From: Selaginella moellendorffii
Taxonomy: Eukaryota > Plantae > Lycopodiophyta
Direction of reading: 5' to 3'
Assembly: GCF_000143415.4 (NCBI RefSeq)
Contig: NW_003314311.1
Location: forward strand, 1,062,769-1,126,768
DNA: 64,000 nucleotides
The position numbers were made by a program, and so were the translations under genes. Under the pieces are notes generated by a model. The model was not told the origin of the DNA. It saw nothing but the letters and a program-made list of their open reading frames with translations, and searched no databases. This document shows positions 46,486-59,835 of the stretch, piece by piece; within the stretch, counting starts at the first letter, position 1, and each line of letters starts with the position of its first letter.

Positions 46486-49400
46486 ATGTTTGAGGCTCAT
46501 GTGAGTGATCGATCGCTAGTTTGGGGATTGGAGAGATGGATTGCATTGGCGGACTGGATTGAGCTCGCGATTTTCTCCATTTCTTGTTTCTGCAGGTCTT
46601 GTATCTTCTTCGCAGATACCTGGGCAATATGTGCGGGGTCTCTCAGCGGAGGCGCTCCAGATCAGTGTGTGGAAAGGTGAGAGCTAGATTTTTTGCTCGG
46701 GGGGTGTTGAAATTTTGGTGTTTTTTGGACAGGCGATGTAGTGCTCAAGGACTTGCAGCTCAAGGCTGAAGCTCTGAATGCTCTGAGGCTTCCTCTCACT
46801 GTCAAAGCTGGATTCCTTGGGTCTGTCACGTTGAAGGCAAGGCATTGATCAAGAAAAGTGTACCTTTGATTCTTATGCTTTCGTTTTTCTTAGATTCCTT
46901 GGAACAAGCTTGGAAAAGATCCGGTGATTGTACTTCTCGACCGGGTTTTTGTTTTGGCGGAGCCTGTTGAAGATGAACAGCTTTTCAAGGTAAGATTTGG
47001 TTTTTAGCTTCAAGCGTTACGGAAACTTTCGTGAAATGCGGTTGCAGAACGAGAACATGGAAGCCTGGCTTGACGCTAAGCGGAGCCAGATTGAGGTTAG
47101 TACATACTTGCCTGTCAAGTTTATTCTCAAACGCTTTTTGTGTCTTAAGGAGCTGGAGATGGCATTGCTTGATGCGAAGGCAGGAAGATCCGGTGATGAT
47201 GCGGTATGTGCCGCAAAATGCTGTTTGAGGTTTCGTGTTAAATTTTCTGTTTTTTGCAGTCGCCGGAAAGTAAGTCCTGGTTAGGCTCGCTCGTTGCGAC
47301 GATCATTGGCAATCTTAAAGTCTCCGTGACTAATCTTCATATTCGTTACGAAGACACCCTCAGGTCGCGTTCATCTCTATCAAGCTAAATGCTGGTACTG
47401 ATACTGGCTTCATTTTTCAGCAACCCCTCCCATCCATTTTGTTTTGGCGTTACTTTAGCCAAACTTGCCGCTGTGACCATTGACGAGAATGATGTAGAAA
47501 CCTTCGTAACTAGTGGAGCTCTTGACAAGCTTCACAAGGTATTTTGATCAATTTCGTAACGTGTACTTCAGTTTCTTTTTTCCTGCTTGCTGTGCAGTCG
47601 CTCCAGCTGGATAGTTTTTCTATCTACCATGACTCGGATACTGGGCCGTGGACTCTGGAGAAACGGTGGGATGAGATGACATCCAAAGAATGGAGCGAGG
47701 TTTGTGTTTTCTTCAATGAAAACAGCATTTAAAATTATTATGGTTTCAGATGTTTGAACCGAGTATTAAAGGGAAAATACAACACAAGTACCTGCTTCAT
47801 CCGGTTGCTGGCCTGATGAAGTATCACCAGTGTGGAAAGAGAGAGAAAAGGGATTCTAAAACACCTTTTCAGAAGGCTTCTCTCGTTTTGGATCAAGTGT
47901 CTATTGCTGTGTCTGAGGTTGGTTTCTCTAAATGCTACACTTGGGTTAACTTTCATTCTGTTTTAGGATCAATATCGGGATGGTATTCAACTGTTGGAGG
48001 GTGTTTCACGGTACAGGATACGAATGGAGTTCTCTCTCTTCAGACCTATGATACCCGTGTTGGTAGATGCTAAGGCATGGTGGCGCTATGCTGGTCGTGC
48101 GGTAACGCAGCAGCAGAGAAAGTCAAGGTTCGTTTTCATTAATAACCGAGTATGAGCAAATGTTTGCAGGTGTAACTTCTCTTGGGAACATCTGTCTCGA
48201 GCATCAGGGTTACGAAAGAAATATGTGGATCTTTATGTTAGCGGGCTCCAGCAGGGCAAGTTTGACAATTTTGAAATAAGGCAAATCGACCGGGAGCTAG
48301 ACGTAGAAGCTATTCTACTTTGGAGGTCGGTAGTTTGTTTATGCTTTCTGTTAGTTGATGGAGAAGTGGTGGCTGCAGAATGCTTGCCCATGCAAAAGTT
48401 GAGACGGCAAAGTTAAAAGAGGCAGCCGCGGCACGCGAAAAGTCCAGGAAAAGCACCTGGTGGCCATTTGGCGGGTATTGTGGCATATGTTTTCATTTGT
48501 TTTACATTAATCGCTTGCTATGCAGGAGCGGCGCTGGTCCAAGGGCCTCAGTTGCCCAAGGCCCTGAAACGGAAGCGGCCCCAGCGCAACTTACAAAGGA
48601 AGAATGGAATAAGATTAACGAGCTTCTAAGCTATCAACCGGGGCAAGACTATCCGCTGCTTTCTACTCAAGAGCCACAGAACATGCTGCAAACAATGCTC
48701 GACGTGACCATAAAACAGAGCTTGGCGTGCATAAAAGACAGCACCGATTTGGTCATATTATGTGGGACTTTCTCCAATTTAAACGTTTCTCTCAAGCTGT
48801 TCCCGAAAACGTTCTTCTGCGACACTAAGTTGACGTACTATGGCCTTTCATCTCCAGAGGGGCCTCTCATTTCGGTAAGCTGAATGGAATTTGCATGTCT
48901 TAAGATGATAATATCTGTATGGTTTGACAGAGCGTGAGTAGAGAGGGAAAAGCGCAAGCGTTGGATTTGACGTTTGCGTATGTTCCTTTCGAAGAACATT
49001 TGGATTGGAAGCTGTCTGTCGCGATGTCATCATGCTATGTGACGGTAACGTTTTGTGTTGAAAGAGTTCATCCCAGCTTACATAATGCGTGCAGGTTTGT
49101 AGATCCAGTTTTGACAGGTCATGCACTTTATGAAATCTGGCCAAGCCATGAGCCCGACAGTGGCTTTGGAAACTGCTGTGACTTTGCAGGTATGAAGCTC
49201 CGTAGCAAAAATATATGTTACTCATTTCACAGTCCATGCATGCCAGACAAAGGCAGAAGAGGTAACAAGGCGTGCTCAAGAACAGATACTATCTCAACTA
49301 GAGAAACAGAGAAGGTATTCAAAAGTTTTTGCTACTCTTTTTGGCTTGACTTTTTCTTGCATGCAGGTTCTCTATAGATATTGATCTTGACGCTCCAAAA

Positions 49401-50140
49401 GTCTTAATTCCTGCACTCAAAGATGAAGGAATTGGAAAGAAAAGCCAATTGTTGGTAGACTTGGGACATTTTAATCTTCGAACACTGGTACGTGCATAAG
49501 ATGCATATAAAACTTACAACATCCTTCTTCAGGGGAATGACGACGTTGAGTTCCTGAAACGAAGTCGCTACACTAAACTTTATGTATCTGGACGGGATAT
49601 ATCGGCTTTCTTTGTTGATGGTGATTTCGAATGGGCTCACTTTCCTGCGCTGGCCACAGATGCTGGTGACAATGCATATTCAATCTTTCCTGTACTTGAC
49701 CGTTGTGGGATGTCGATTATGCTGCATATGGTGAAGCTAGTTACGACATAGTTTGTGGTTATTATGTTCCAGGCTCAATATGAAGATTTGAATTGGCCTT
49801 CAACATGCGTTGCAATTGAAGTTCCTCGCCTTGGTATCCATTTTTCTCCTGCAAGATACCTTAGGCTGCTCTATCTTCTGCACGCTCTGGAGTCGGCTGA
49901 CCGTTCCAGCTCCCAGCCGAACGCTTTATCTTGGGAACCATCAGAGGCAGCTGGAGATGCACGAGTGCTTTTGTGGGGGGTAAATTGTTACTTTCCTCGT
50001 TCATCAGCATCTAAGCATCACTCATTCTGCAGGGAATTGGTAATATTACTGCAGAATGGCAGCCTTGTTGGATTGCATTGGCAGGGCCATACCTGTACGT
50101 TCTAGAGGCATAAGACTCAAAGAACAGCCCACATCAATGC
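46486..50140 (+). pseudogene. VPS13: 5' portion of a VPS13 (chorein N-terminal, PH-containing plant type) gene, truncated and frameshifted, copy 1
   Basis: MFEAH|VLYLLRRYLG..VRGLSAEALQISVWKG|DVVLKDLQLKAEALNALRLPLTVKAGFLGSVTLK|IPWNKLGKDPVIVLLDRVFVLAEP ... IIGNLKVSVTNLHIRYED ... FSIDIDLDAPKV; ~20 short exons. 1-nt deletion near 46625; homology stops at WQPCWIALAGPYLYVLE. Confidence 0.85.
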
Positions 50141-52031
50141 ATAAGCTCTCCTCAAAGGACAGGAGGAAAGCCTCCTCTACCCTGGAAATCCCAAGCTTTT
50201 TTGGAGAATATCACACTCTAGAGTCTCTACTGCAATGAAAGGCCCATGACATATTTGAAACTCTCGCTTAAGCATCTTGCATTGGAGATTTCCCTTGTGG
50301 CCAGAGATGAGTGCAGTGATGTTGTGAGGTTTATTTATGATGCACTTGCACTGGACACACTTCTTCCAGTAAAATCTGAACCACATGACGTACTCTAGTC
50401 TAGATTCACATGCTTCTTGTCGAAAAATGAACAAGGTTATGAGTAAGTGATTTGCTAGTCATTATTGATCAAAGTGATTTTGAAAAAATGCTTTGAATGT
50501 GGAGTAGTTAACTATGTTTGCCTCCAAAAGAGTTTTTTTCCATGTTACTTGGCCAATGAGTGATTGCAAAAAGTTGTAAAGCTTGTAATCATCCTTGCCA
50601 ATGCTATTTGATGGACAATATTGTTCAAAGTGAGTGATATATGTTTTGGCAAAGATGTCACCATTGCTAAATAAGTATGGCAAGTTAATGCCTTGCTATA
50701 AAATATGGATGTGCATGGGGAGAACCATCAATGGTATACTCTTTCACTTAGTATCTATGGTAAACAATGTTTCTTTCTTGCTAGAAAGAGCATTTTGGTA
50801 ATCTAGCTTGCATAGAAGGTGTGAAAACATCCCTATATCCTATGCATTATATGAAAGATTACTAGCTGCCATCTCTGGCTTAAACAAGTTTGAACTAGCA
50901 TAAAGTGTCTAATATGTAGTAAATGCATTAAAGAATTTTAATTTGTGTGAGAATAAAATGTCCAAAATGGGATAGTTCCAAATAAATAAGCAAACTACTG
51001 TGGATTTCCCCTAACCAAGATTGTTGTCCTTTTGCAAATCTCAATTCCTCATAAAGAAAAGAGAAATTTAGCTATAAAATTGAAGAAAGATATGAAAGAT
51101 ATCATGAAAGAATATAGATATAGGATATCACCTAAAAACAATGGAATAAAAAACAAAGAAAACAAGCTATAACACTCAAAATGTCTCAAAGTGAATATAA
51201 TTTGATAGAAATCTCTCAAACTCTGGCTACAAAATTTGATATAGACTCATTAAAAAAACTTATATTTAAACAAAGAGAATGAGATTAAAAAGATGGAGCT
51301 AAAACACCAAAATGCCTATAGAAAACTAATTTAAACATTAAATTTATAACTCATGTAATTATGGGATAAGATTTGGATATATTATTATTATGAATCTTTG
51401 GAACCTTGAGGATCCATTTAGACACTTTCCCCATCTCAACACACACATTTTGAGTCTTCAAGTGATAAATATGTTAAAGGCTATATTATCAAATAATTTC
51501 CCCTTTTTTAATTGGTTGGTGAAATTTTTTTTGCTACCTTGGAGTTAGAAAATATATGGTGCTTGCTTCACTTAGATTAGGATCAACTTATTGTAGTTAG
51601 TGATGAAGCACAAGTGAAAGATCATGAGAGGGAGACAAGTGGGAGATTATTTCAAGCTTAGATAGAAAGTTTGATGATTTACAAATGAAAAAAGTCTATA
51701 TTAATGGGAATAATAGTATATAGATCCTTGAATTAAATTTATTTTTATTAAATAATTGCCTTTTCTCCAGTAGACTTAAATAAAATATGTTACATTTGGT
51801 TAGCATGTGTTGAAAGAAGGGGCACAACATTCATACATAGAAGAAAAAATATTTAAAAAAAGAGGGGCACATAGGAGAAATATAAAGTGGAAAAAAAATA
51901 TTAAAAAAAAGAGATAAAAAGAGAGGAAGATGTTACCAAGAAGAGAGAAAAAATATTAAAAAAAGAGGAGGAAGACTTTTAAAGAGGATAAAAAATATTA
52001 AAAACGAAGGAGAGAGGAAAAGGCCTATGGC

Positions 52032-52288
52032 NNNNNNNNNNNNNNNNNNNNNNNNNNNNNNNNNNNNNNNNNNNNNNNNNNNNNNNNNNNNNNNNNNNNN
52101 NNNNNNNNNNNNNNNNNNNNNNNNNNNNNNNNNNNNNNNNNNNNNNNNNNNNNNNNNNNNNNNNNNNNNNNNNNNNNNNNNNNNNNNNNNNNNNNNNNNN
52201 NNNNNNNNNNNNNNNNNNNNNNNNNNNNNNNNNNNNNNNNNNNNNNNNNNNNNNNNNNNNNNNNNNNNNNNNNNNNNNNNNNNNNNNN
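52032..52288. other. Assembly gap (257 N)
   Basis: Run of N at the unit 1/unit 2 junction. Confidence 1.
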
Positions 52289-52343
52289 AGGAGAAAAATT
52301 GTATAAATAGACTTCGTTTGCAAGGAGGTGGAAACTGATCAAA

Positions 52344-53382
52344 ATGCAGCGATCCAAACTCCAGGCTCCAGTCGCCTCTGCGGCATTACTCCTGGTGCTA
52401 GCACTGCTGCGGCGCTATGCATTTCGCCAGGGATCACCAACAATGTCATCGGAGCTCTCAACTTCTTTCTATGCTAGCACTTATCCCGATCTCCCTCAGA
52501 TCGTGAGAAGTGTGATTCACTCTGAATTTTCCAACGACAGTCGATCTGCTGCGTCGATCCTCAAGCTCCACTTCCGAGATTGCTTCTCTCGAGTAAGTCA
52601 GAAATTAAAATAGCGTTACTCATTTATGGCTGCCAGGGCTGCGACGGATCGCTGCTCCTCCAGCGAGGAGATGGGCGCTCCGCCAAGGGACTCAAAACCA
52701 TCAACAACGTCAAGCGCGCCGTGGAGACTTCATGCCCGGCAACAGTATCGTGCGCAGACATTCTTGCGCTGAGCGCCCGGGAATCCGTCATAGCTGTGAG
52801 TGAGACTCTCCATCTTGAGTTGATCATTCTCTTTCGACTTTGCAGCTGGGCGGCCCTTCATGGACAGTAGAATTTGGCCGACGGGACAGTCCTGCGACCG
52901 TCGCCGCCGCAATGGAGGCCATTCCCAGCCCAAACCTCACTGCAACGCAGCTCATCCAGAGCTTCCAAAGGCGGGGTCTTTCCAAGCGTGATCTCGTAGC
53001 GCTTTCAGGAGGCCACTCCATCGGCCAGGCCCAGTGCTCTGCATTTAGCGCACGCCTCTTCAATGGAACCCCAGGAGATAGCATCGATCGGGCCTTCAAA
53101 TCTCGACTCGAGAAGAATTGCCCTCCAACAGCCCCAGACAAATTGACCAATTTGGATCCATCCCCCACCACCTTCGACAACTTGTACTTTCGAGCTCTCC
53201 TGGCGAATCAGTCGCTCCTCTTTTCAGACCAGCAGCTCTTGGAGATTGATCTGGTGGGCTTTGTCAAGGAGTTTGCGGCCAACCAGCAGACATTCTTTAC
53301 CGCCTTCGCCAATGGCATGATCAAAATGGGCAAGCTCTCGCCAATCACAGGAGGGCATGGTGAAATTCGATCCTCGTGCTAG
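52344..53382 (+). CDS. Class III peroxidase-like protein, tandem copy 2 (first conserved Cys changed to Tyr)
   Basis: Near-identical to 44980-46023; FYASTYP instead of FYANTCP; same ILKLHFRDCF. Confidence 0.85.
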
Positions 53383-53928
53383 TTTTTTTCCTATACATGT
53401 AAATCTATTCCCCACATAAAAATATACACCACAGCCCTGACTATAGAGAAAGGAATGTTGGCATATCCCGTAGCTTGATGATGGTGGTGGAAATTTTCTC
53501 GTCCTGATAAATCACTCTGGTGAGAGATTCCATTCTTCCCAATCAAGATCCCCCTTAAGCTCAGCCACTTGGCCAATGAGCCAAGATTTTCGCCGCGAGC
53601 CAGGGCACGTCATCGCAGCTGCCAAGGATGATAGAGTCCTTCAAAGAGGACATTCCAAGACATTGGTAGTCAACCACGAGGAAATCCACTTCAGAAATAA
53701 CACCTTGCACTGAGACCTTGACGAAATTTCAATTGCCACGGTTAGGAATCTTCAACTCTTAAACCCTAACGTTAATATATATAAACCTTAGGTTTTAGAC
53801 GTATTGCCACGCAATGGCGAAAATTCACTGGCATATACTTGCTTGCTGTGGAGAAAATTTTGTGCTGCCTAGGGCTAGCTAGGCGCTGCGATCGGCAGGA
53901 GTGATGCGCTTGGGCGCTCGGTGTCGTC

Positions 53929-56900
53929 ATGTTTGAGGCTCATGTGAGTGATCGATCGCTAGTTTGGGGATTGGAGAGATGGATTGCATTGGCGGACTGG
54001 ATTGAGCTCGCGATTTTCTCCATTTCTTGTTTCTGCAGGTCTTGTATCTTCTTCGCAGATACCTGGGCCAGTATGTGCGGGGTCTCTCAGCGGAGGCGCT
54101 CCAGATCAGTGTGTGGAAAGGTGAGAGCTAGATCTTTTGCTCGGGGGGTGTTGAAATTTTGGTGTTTTTTGGACAGGCGATGTAGTGCTCAAGGACTTGC
54201 AGCTCAAGGCTGAAGCACTGAATGCTCTGAGGCTTCCTCTCACTGTCAAAGCTGGATTCCTTGGGTCTGTCACGTTGAAGGCAAGGCATTGATCAAGAAA
54301 AGTGTACCTTCGATTCTTATGCTTTCGTTTTTCTTAGATTCCTTGGAACAAGCTTGGAAAAGATCCGGTGATTGTACTTCTCGACCGGGTTTTTGTTTTG
54401 GCGGAACCTGTTGAAGATGAACAGCTTTTCAAGGTACGATTTGGTTTTTAGCTTCAAGCGTTACGGAAACTTTCGTGAAATGCGGTTGCAGAACGAGAAC
54501 ATGGAATCCTGGCTTGACGCTAAGCGGAGCCAGATTGAGGTTAGTACATACTTGCCTGTGAAGTTTATTCTCAAACGCTTTTTTGTGTCTTTAAGGAGCT
54601 GGAGATGGCATTGCTTGATGCGAAGGCAGGAAGATCCGGTGATGATGCGGTATGTGCCGCAAAATGCTGTTTGAGGTTTCGTGTTAAATTTTCTGTTTTC
54701 TGCAGTCGCCGGAAAGTAAGTCCTGGTTAGGCTCGCTCGTTGCGACGATCATTGGCAATCTTAAAGTCTCCGTGACTAATCTTCATATTCGTTACGAAGA
54801 CACCCTCAGGTCGCTTTCATCTCTATCAAGCTAAATGCCGGTACTGATACTGGCTTCATTTTTCAGCAACCCCTCCCATCCATTTTGTTTTGGCGTTACT
54901 TTAGCCAAAACTTGCCGCTGTGACCATTGACGAGAATGATGTAGAAACCTTCGTAACTAGCGGAGCTCTTGACAAGCTTCACGAGGTATTTTGATCAATT
55001 TTGTAACGTGTACTTCAGTTTCTTTTTTCCTGCTTGCTGTGCAGTCGCTCCAGCTGGATAGTTTTTCTATCTACCATGACTCGGATACTGGGCCGTGGAC
55101 TCTGGAGAAACGGTGGGATGAGATGACATCCAAAGAATGGAGCGAGGTTTGTGTTTCCTTCAATGAAAACAGCATTTAAAATTATTATGGTTTCAGATGT
55201 TTGAACCGAGTATTAAAGGGAAAATACAACACAAGTACCTGCTTCATCCGGTTGCTGGCCTGATGAAGTATCACCGGTGTGGAAAGAGAGAGAAAAGGGA
55301 TTCTAAAACACCTTTTCAGAAGGCTTCTCTCGTTTTGGATCAAGTGTCTATTGCTGTGTCTGAGGTTGGTTTCTCTAAATGCTACACTTGGGTTAACTTT
55401 CATTCTGTTTTAGGATCAATATCGGGATGGTATTCAACTGTTGGAGGGTGTTTCACGGTACAGGATACGAATGGAGTTCTCTCTCTTCAGACCTATGATA
55501 CCCGTGTTGGTAGATGCTAAGGCATGGTGGCGCTATGCTGGTCGTGCGGTAACGCAGCAGCAGAGAAAGTCAAGGTTCGTTTTGATATTTAACCGAGTAT
55601 GCTAAAGCAAATTTTTGCAGGTGTAACTTCTCTTGGGAAAATCTGTCTCGAGCATCAGGATTACGAAAGAAATATGTGGATCTTTATGTTAGCGGGCTCC
55701 AGCAGGGCAAGTTTGACAATTTTGAAATAAGGCAAATCGACCGGGAGCTAGACGTAGAAGTTAATCTACTTTGGAGGTCGGTAGTTTGTGTATGCTTTCT
55801 GTTAGTTGATGGAGAAGTGGTGGCTGCAGAATGCTTGCCCATGCAAAAGTTGAGACGGCAAAGTTAAAAGAGGCAGCCGCGGCCCGGGAAAAGTCCAGGA
55901 AAAGCACCTGGTGGCCATTTGGCGGGTATTGTGGCATATGTTTTCATTTGTTTTACATTAATCGCTTGCTATGCAGGAGCGGCGCTGGTCCAAGGGCCTC
56001 AGTTGCCCAAGGCCCTGAAACGGAAGCGGCCCCAGCGCAACTTACAAAGGAAGAATGGAATAAGATTAACGAGCTTCTAAGCTATCAACCGGGGCAAGAC
56101 TATCCGCTGCTTTCTACTCAAGAGCCACAGAACATGCTGCAAACAATGCTCGACGTGACCATAAAACAGAGCTTGGCGTGCATAAAAGACAGCACCGATT
56201 TGGTCATATTATGTGGGACTTTCTCCAATTTAAACGTTTCTCTCAAGCTGTTCCCGAAAACGTTCTTCTGCGACACTAAGTTGACGTACTATGGCCTTTC
56301 ATCTCCAGAGGGGCCTCTCGTTTCGGTAAGCTGAATGGAATTTGCATGTCTTAAGATGATAATATCTGTCTGGTTTGACAGAGCGTGAGTAGAGAGGGAA
56401 GAGCACAAGCGTTGGATTTGACGTTTGTGTATGTTCCTTTCGAAGAACATTTGGATTGGAAGCTGTCTGTCACGATGTCATCATGCTATGTGACGGTAAC
56501 GTTTTGTGTTGAAAGAGTTCATCCCAGCTTACATAATGCGTGCAGGTTTGGAGATCCAGTTTTGACAGGGTCATGCACTTTATGAAATCTGGCCAAGCTA
56601 TGAGCCCGACAGTGGCTTTGGAAACTGCTGTCGCTTTGCAGGTATGAGGCTCCGTAGCAAAAATATATGTTACTCATTTCACAGTGCATGCATGCCAGAC
56701 AAAGCTAGAAGAGGTAACGAGGCGTGCTCAAGAACGGATACTATCTCAACTAGAGAAACAGAGAAGGTATTCAAAAGTTTATGCTACTCTTTTTGGCTTG
56801 ACTTTTTCTTGCATGCAGGTTCTCTATAGATATTGATCTTGACGCTCCAAAAGTCTTAATTCCTGCACTCAAAGATGAAGGAATTGGAAAGAAAAGCCAA

Positions 56901-57590
56901 TTGTTGGTAGACTTGGGACATTTTAATCTTCGAACACTGGTACGTGCATAAGATGCATCTAAAACTTACAACATCCTTCTTCAGGGGAATGACGACGTTG
57001 AGTTCCTGAAACGAAGTCGCTACACTAAACTTCATGTATCTGGACGGGATATATCGGCTTTTCTTTGTTGATGGTGATTTCGAATGGGCTCACTTTCCTG
57101 CGCTGGCCACTGATGCTTGTGACGCCGCTTATTCAATCCTGCCTGTGCTCGACCGTTGTGGGATGTCGATTATGCTACATATGGTGATGCTAGTTACGAC
57201 ATAGTTTGTGGCTATTGACTTTATGTTCCAGGCTCAATATGAAGATTTGAATTGGCCTTCAACATGCGTTGCAATTGAAGTTCCTCGCCTTGGTATCCAT
57301 TTTTCTCCTACAAGATACCTTAGGCTGCTCTATCTTCTGCACGCTCTGGAGTCGGCTGACCGGTCCAGCTCCCAGCCGAACGCTTTATCTTGGCAACCAT
57401 CAGAGGCAGCTGGAGATGCACGAGTGCTTAAATTGTTACTTTCCTCGCCCATCAGCGTCTAAGCATCACTCATTCTGCAGGGAATTGGTAATATTACTGC
57501 AGAATGGCAGCCTTGTTGGATTGCGTTGGCAGGGCCATACCTGTACGTTCTAGAGGCAGAAGACTCAAAGAACAGCCCACATCAATGCAT
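53929..57590 (+). pseudogene. VPS13: Truncated VPS13 5' portion, copy 2
   Basis: Near-identical to copy 1 but intact at copy 1's deletion. Carries its own 1-nt insertions (~54910, ~56570, ~57060) and has lost a splice donor near 57429. Confidence 0.85.
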
Positions 57591-59772
57591 GAGCTACTCC
57601 TCAAAGGACAGGAGGAAAGCCTCCTCTACCCTGGAAATCCCAAGCTTTTGGAGAAGATCACACTCTAGAGTCTCTACTGCAATGAAAGGCCCATGACATA
57701 CTGGAAACTCTCACTTAAGCATCTTGCACTGGAGATTTCCCTTGTGGCCGGAGATGAATGCGGTGATGTTGTGATGTTGTGAGGTTTATTTATGATGCAC
57801 TTGCACTGGACACACTTCTTCCAGTAAGATCTGAACCACATCACGTACTCTAGTCTAGATTCATATGCTTTTTGTTGAAAAATGAACAAGGTTATGAGTA
57901 AGTGATTTGCTAGTCATTATTGATCAAAGTGATTTTGGAAAGATGCTTTGAATGTGGAGTAGTTAACTATGTTTGCCTCCAAAAGAGTGTTTTTTCCATG
58001 TTGTTTGGCCAATGAGTGATTGCAAAAAGTTGTAAAGCTTGTGCCAATGCTATTTGATGGACAATATTGTTCAAAGTGAGTGATATATGTTTTGGCAAAG
58101 ATGTCACCATTGCTAAAGAAGTGTGCCTTGCTATAGAATATGGATGTGCATGGGGAGAACCATCAATGGTAGACTCTTTCACTCAGTATCTATGGTAAAC
58201 AATGCTTCTTTCTTGCTAGAAAGAGCATTTTGGTAATCTAGCTTGCATAGGTATCAAAACATCCCTATACCCTATGCATTATATGAAAGATTATTGGCTG
58301 CCATCTCTGCCTGAAATGAGTTTGAACTAGCATAATAAAGTGTCTAATATGTAGCAAATGCCAAGTCATAGAAAGATGTTAAAGAATTTTAATTTGTGTC
58401 AGAATAAAATGTCCAAAATGGGATAGTTCCAAATAAATAAGTATACTACTGTGGATTTCCCCTAACCAAGATTGTTGTCCTTTTGCAAATCCCAATTCCT
58501 CATAAAGAAAAGAGAAATTTAGCTATAAAATTGAAGAAAGATATGAAAGATATCATGAAAGAATATAGATATAGGATATCACCTAAAAACAGTGGAAAAA
58601 AAAAAAACAAAGAAAACAAGCTATAACTTTTAAAATGTTTCAAAGTGAATATGAAATTTGATATAGACTCATTAAAAAAGCTTATACTTAAACAAAGAGA
58701 ATGAGATTAAAACGATGGAGCTAAAACACCAAAATGCCTGTAGAAAACTGATTTAAACTTTAAATTTATAACTCATGTAATTATGAGATAAGATTTAGAT
58801 ATATTATTATTATGAATCTTTGGAACCTTGAGGATCCATTTGGACAATTTCCTTGTTTTAACACACACATTTTGAGTTTTCAACTGTGGAGTGATAAATA
58901 TGTTAAAGGCTATATTATCAAATAATTTCCCCTTTTTCAATTTGTTGGTGAAATTTTTTTTGCTACCTTGGAGTAGGAAAATATATGGTGCTTGCTTCAC
59001 TTAGATTAGGATTAACTTGTTGTAGTTAGTGATGAAGCACAAGTGAAAACTCATGAGAGGGAAATAAGTGGGAGATTATTTTAAGCCTAGATAAAAAATT
59101 TGATGATTTACAAATGAAAAAAGTCTATATTAATGGGAACAATAGTATATAGTTGGTTAATTAGGATGTGATTATAGGATGAGATTTAGATAACTATCAT
59201 TATAGATCCTTGAGATAAAATAGCTATTAAATTTATTTTTATTAAATAATTACCTTTTCTCCAGTTGACTTAAATAAAATATGTTACATTTGGTTAGGAT
59301 GGGTTCAATTCCTAAGAAAGTGGCACATTCACAAAATGAGGAAACCGAAGTGGCATAATATTTATATATAGGAGAAAAAATATTTAAAAAAACGAGGGGC
59401 ACATCACAATTATAAGGAAGGGGTACAACATTCAGAAAGAAGAGAAACATAAAATGGAAAAAAAAATATTAAAAAAAGAGAAAAGAAGATAAGAAAAAGT
59501 CACCAAAAAGAGAAAAAATATTAAAAAAAGGAGGAGGAAGACTTTTAAAGAGGATAAAAAATATTAAAAACGAAGGAGAGAGGAAAAGGCCTATGGCAGA
59601 GGAGACAAGAAAACATAATAGAGTGGGGAAATATAATATAGTTGAATGTTCAATAGGTGCTAGCTGTCATTAAATTTCATTATTTCTAATCTAATAGAGG
59701 AGAGGACAAAAGAGAAAAATTGTATAAATAGACTTCATTTGCGAGGGTGGAAGAAAATTTTTACTAATCAAA

Positions 59773-59835
59773 ATGCAGCAATTCAAACTTCAGGCTCCAG
59801 TCGCCTTTGATGCATTACTGCTGGTGCTAGCACTG
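59773..59835 (+). pseudogene. Start of a third peroxidase copy, interrupted by retrotransposon insertion
   Basis: ATGCAGCAATTCAAACTTCAGGCTCCAGTCGCC...GGTGCTAGCACTG matches the peroxidase signal-peptide exon, then switches abruptly to TGTAAGG. Confidence 0.8.

Larger units (their letters stand above)
44935..59835 (+). repeat. ~7.4-kb tandem segmental duplication (unit 1 ~44935-52031, unit 2 52289-59709, start of unit 3 59710-59835)
   Basis: Peroxidase ATGs at 44980/52344/59773 and VPS13 ATGs at 46486/53929; near-identical ORF peptides in both units. Confidence 0.95.

Noticed and set aside
50150-51700. Possible LINE remnant after the VPS13 truncation point (both units)
   Set aside because: Only vague coding-like stretches; no diagnostic RT or endonuclease motif could be read.
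51979-52357. ORFs spanning the N run
   Set aside because: Artefacts of the assembly gap.
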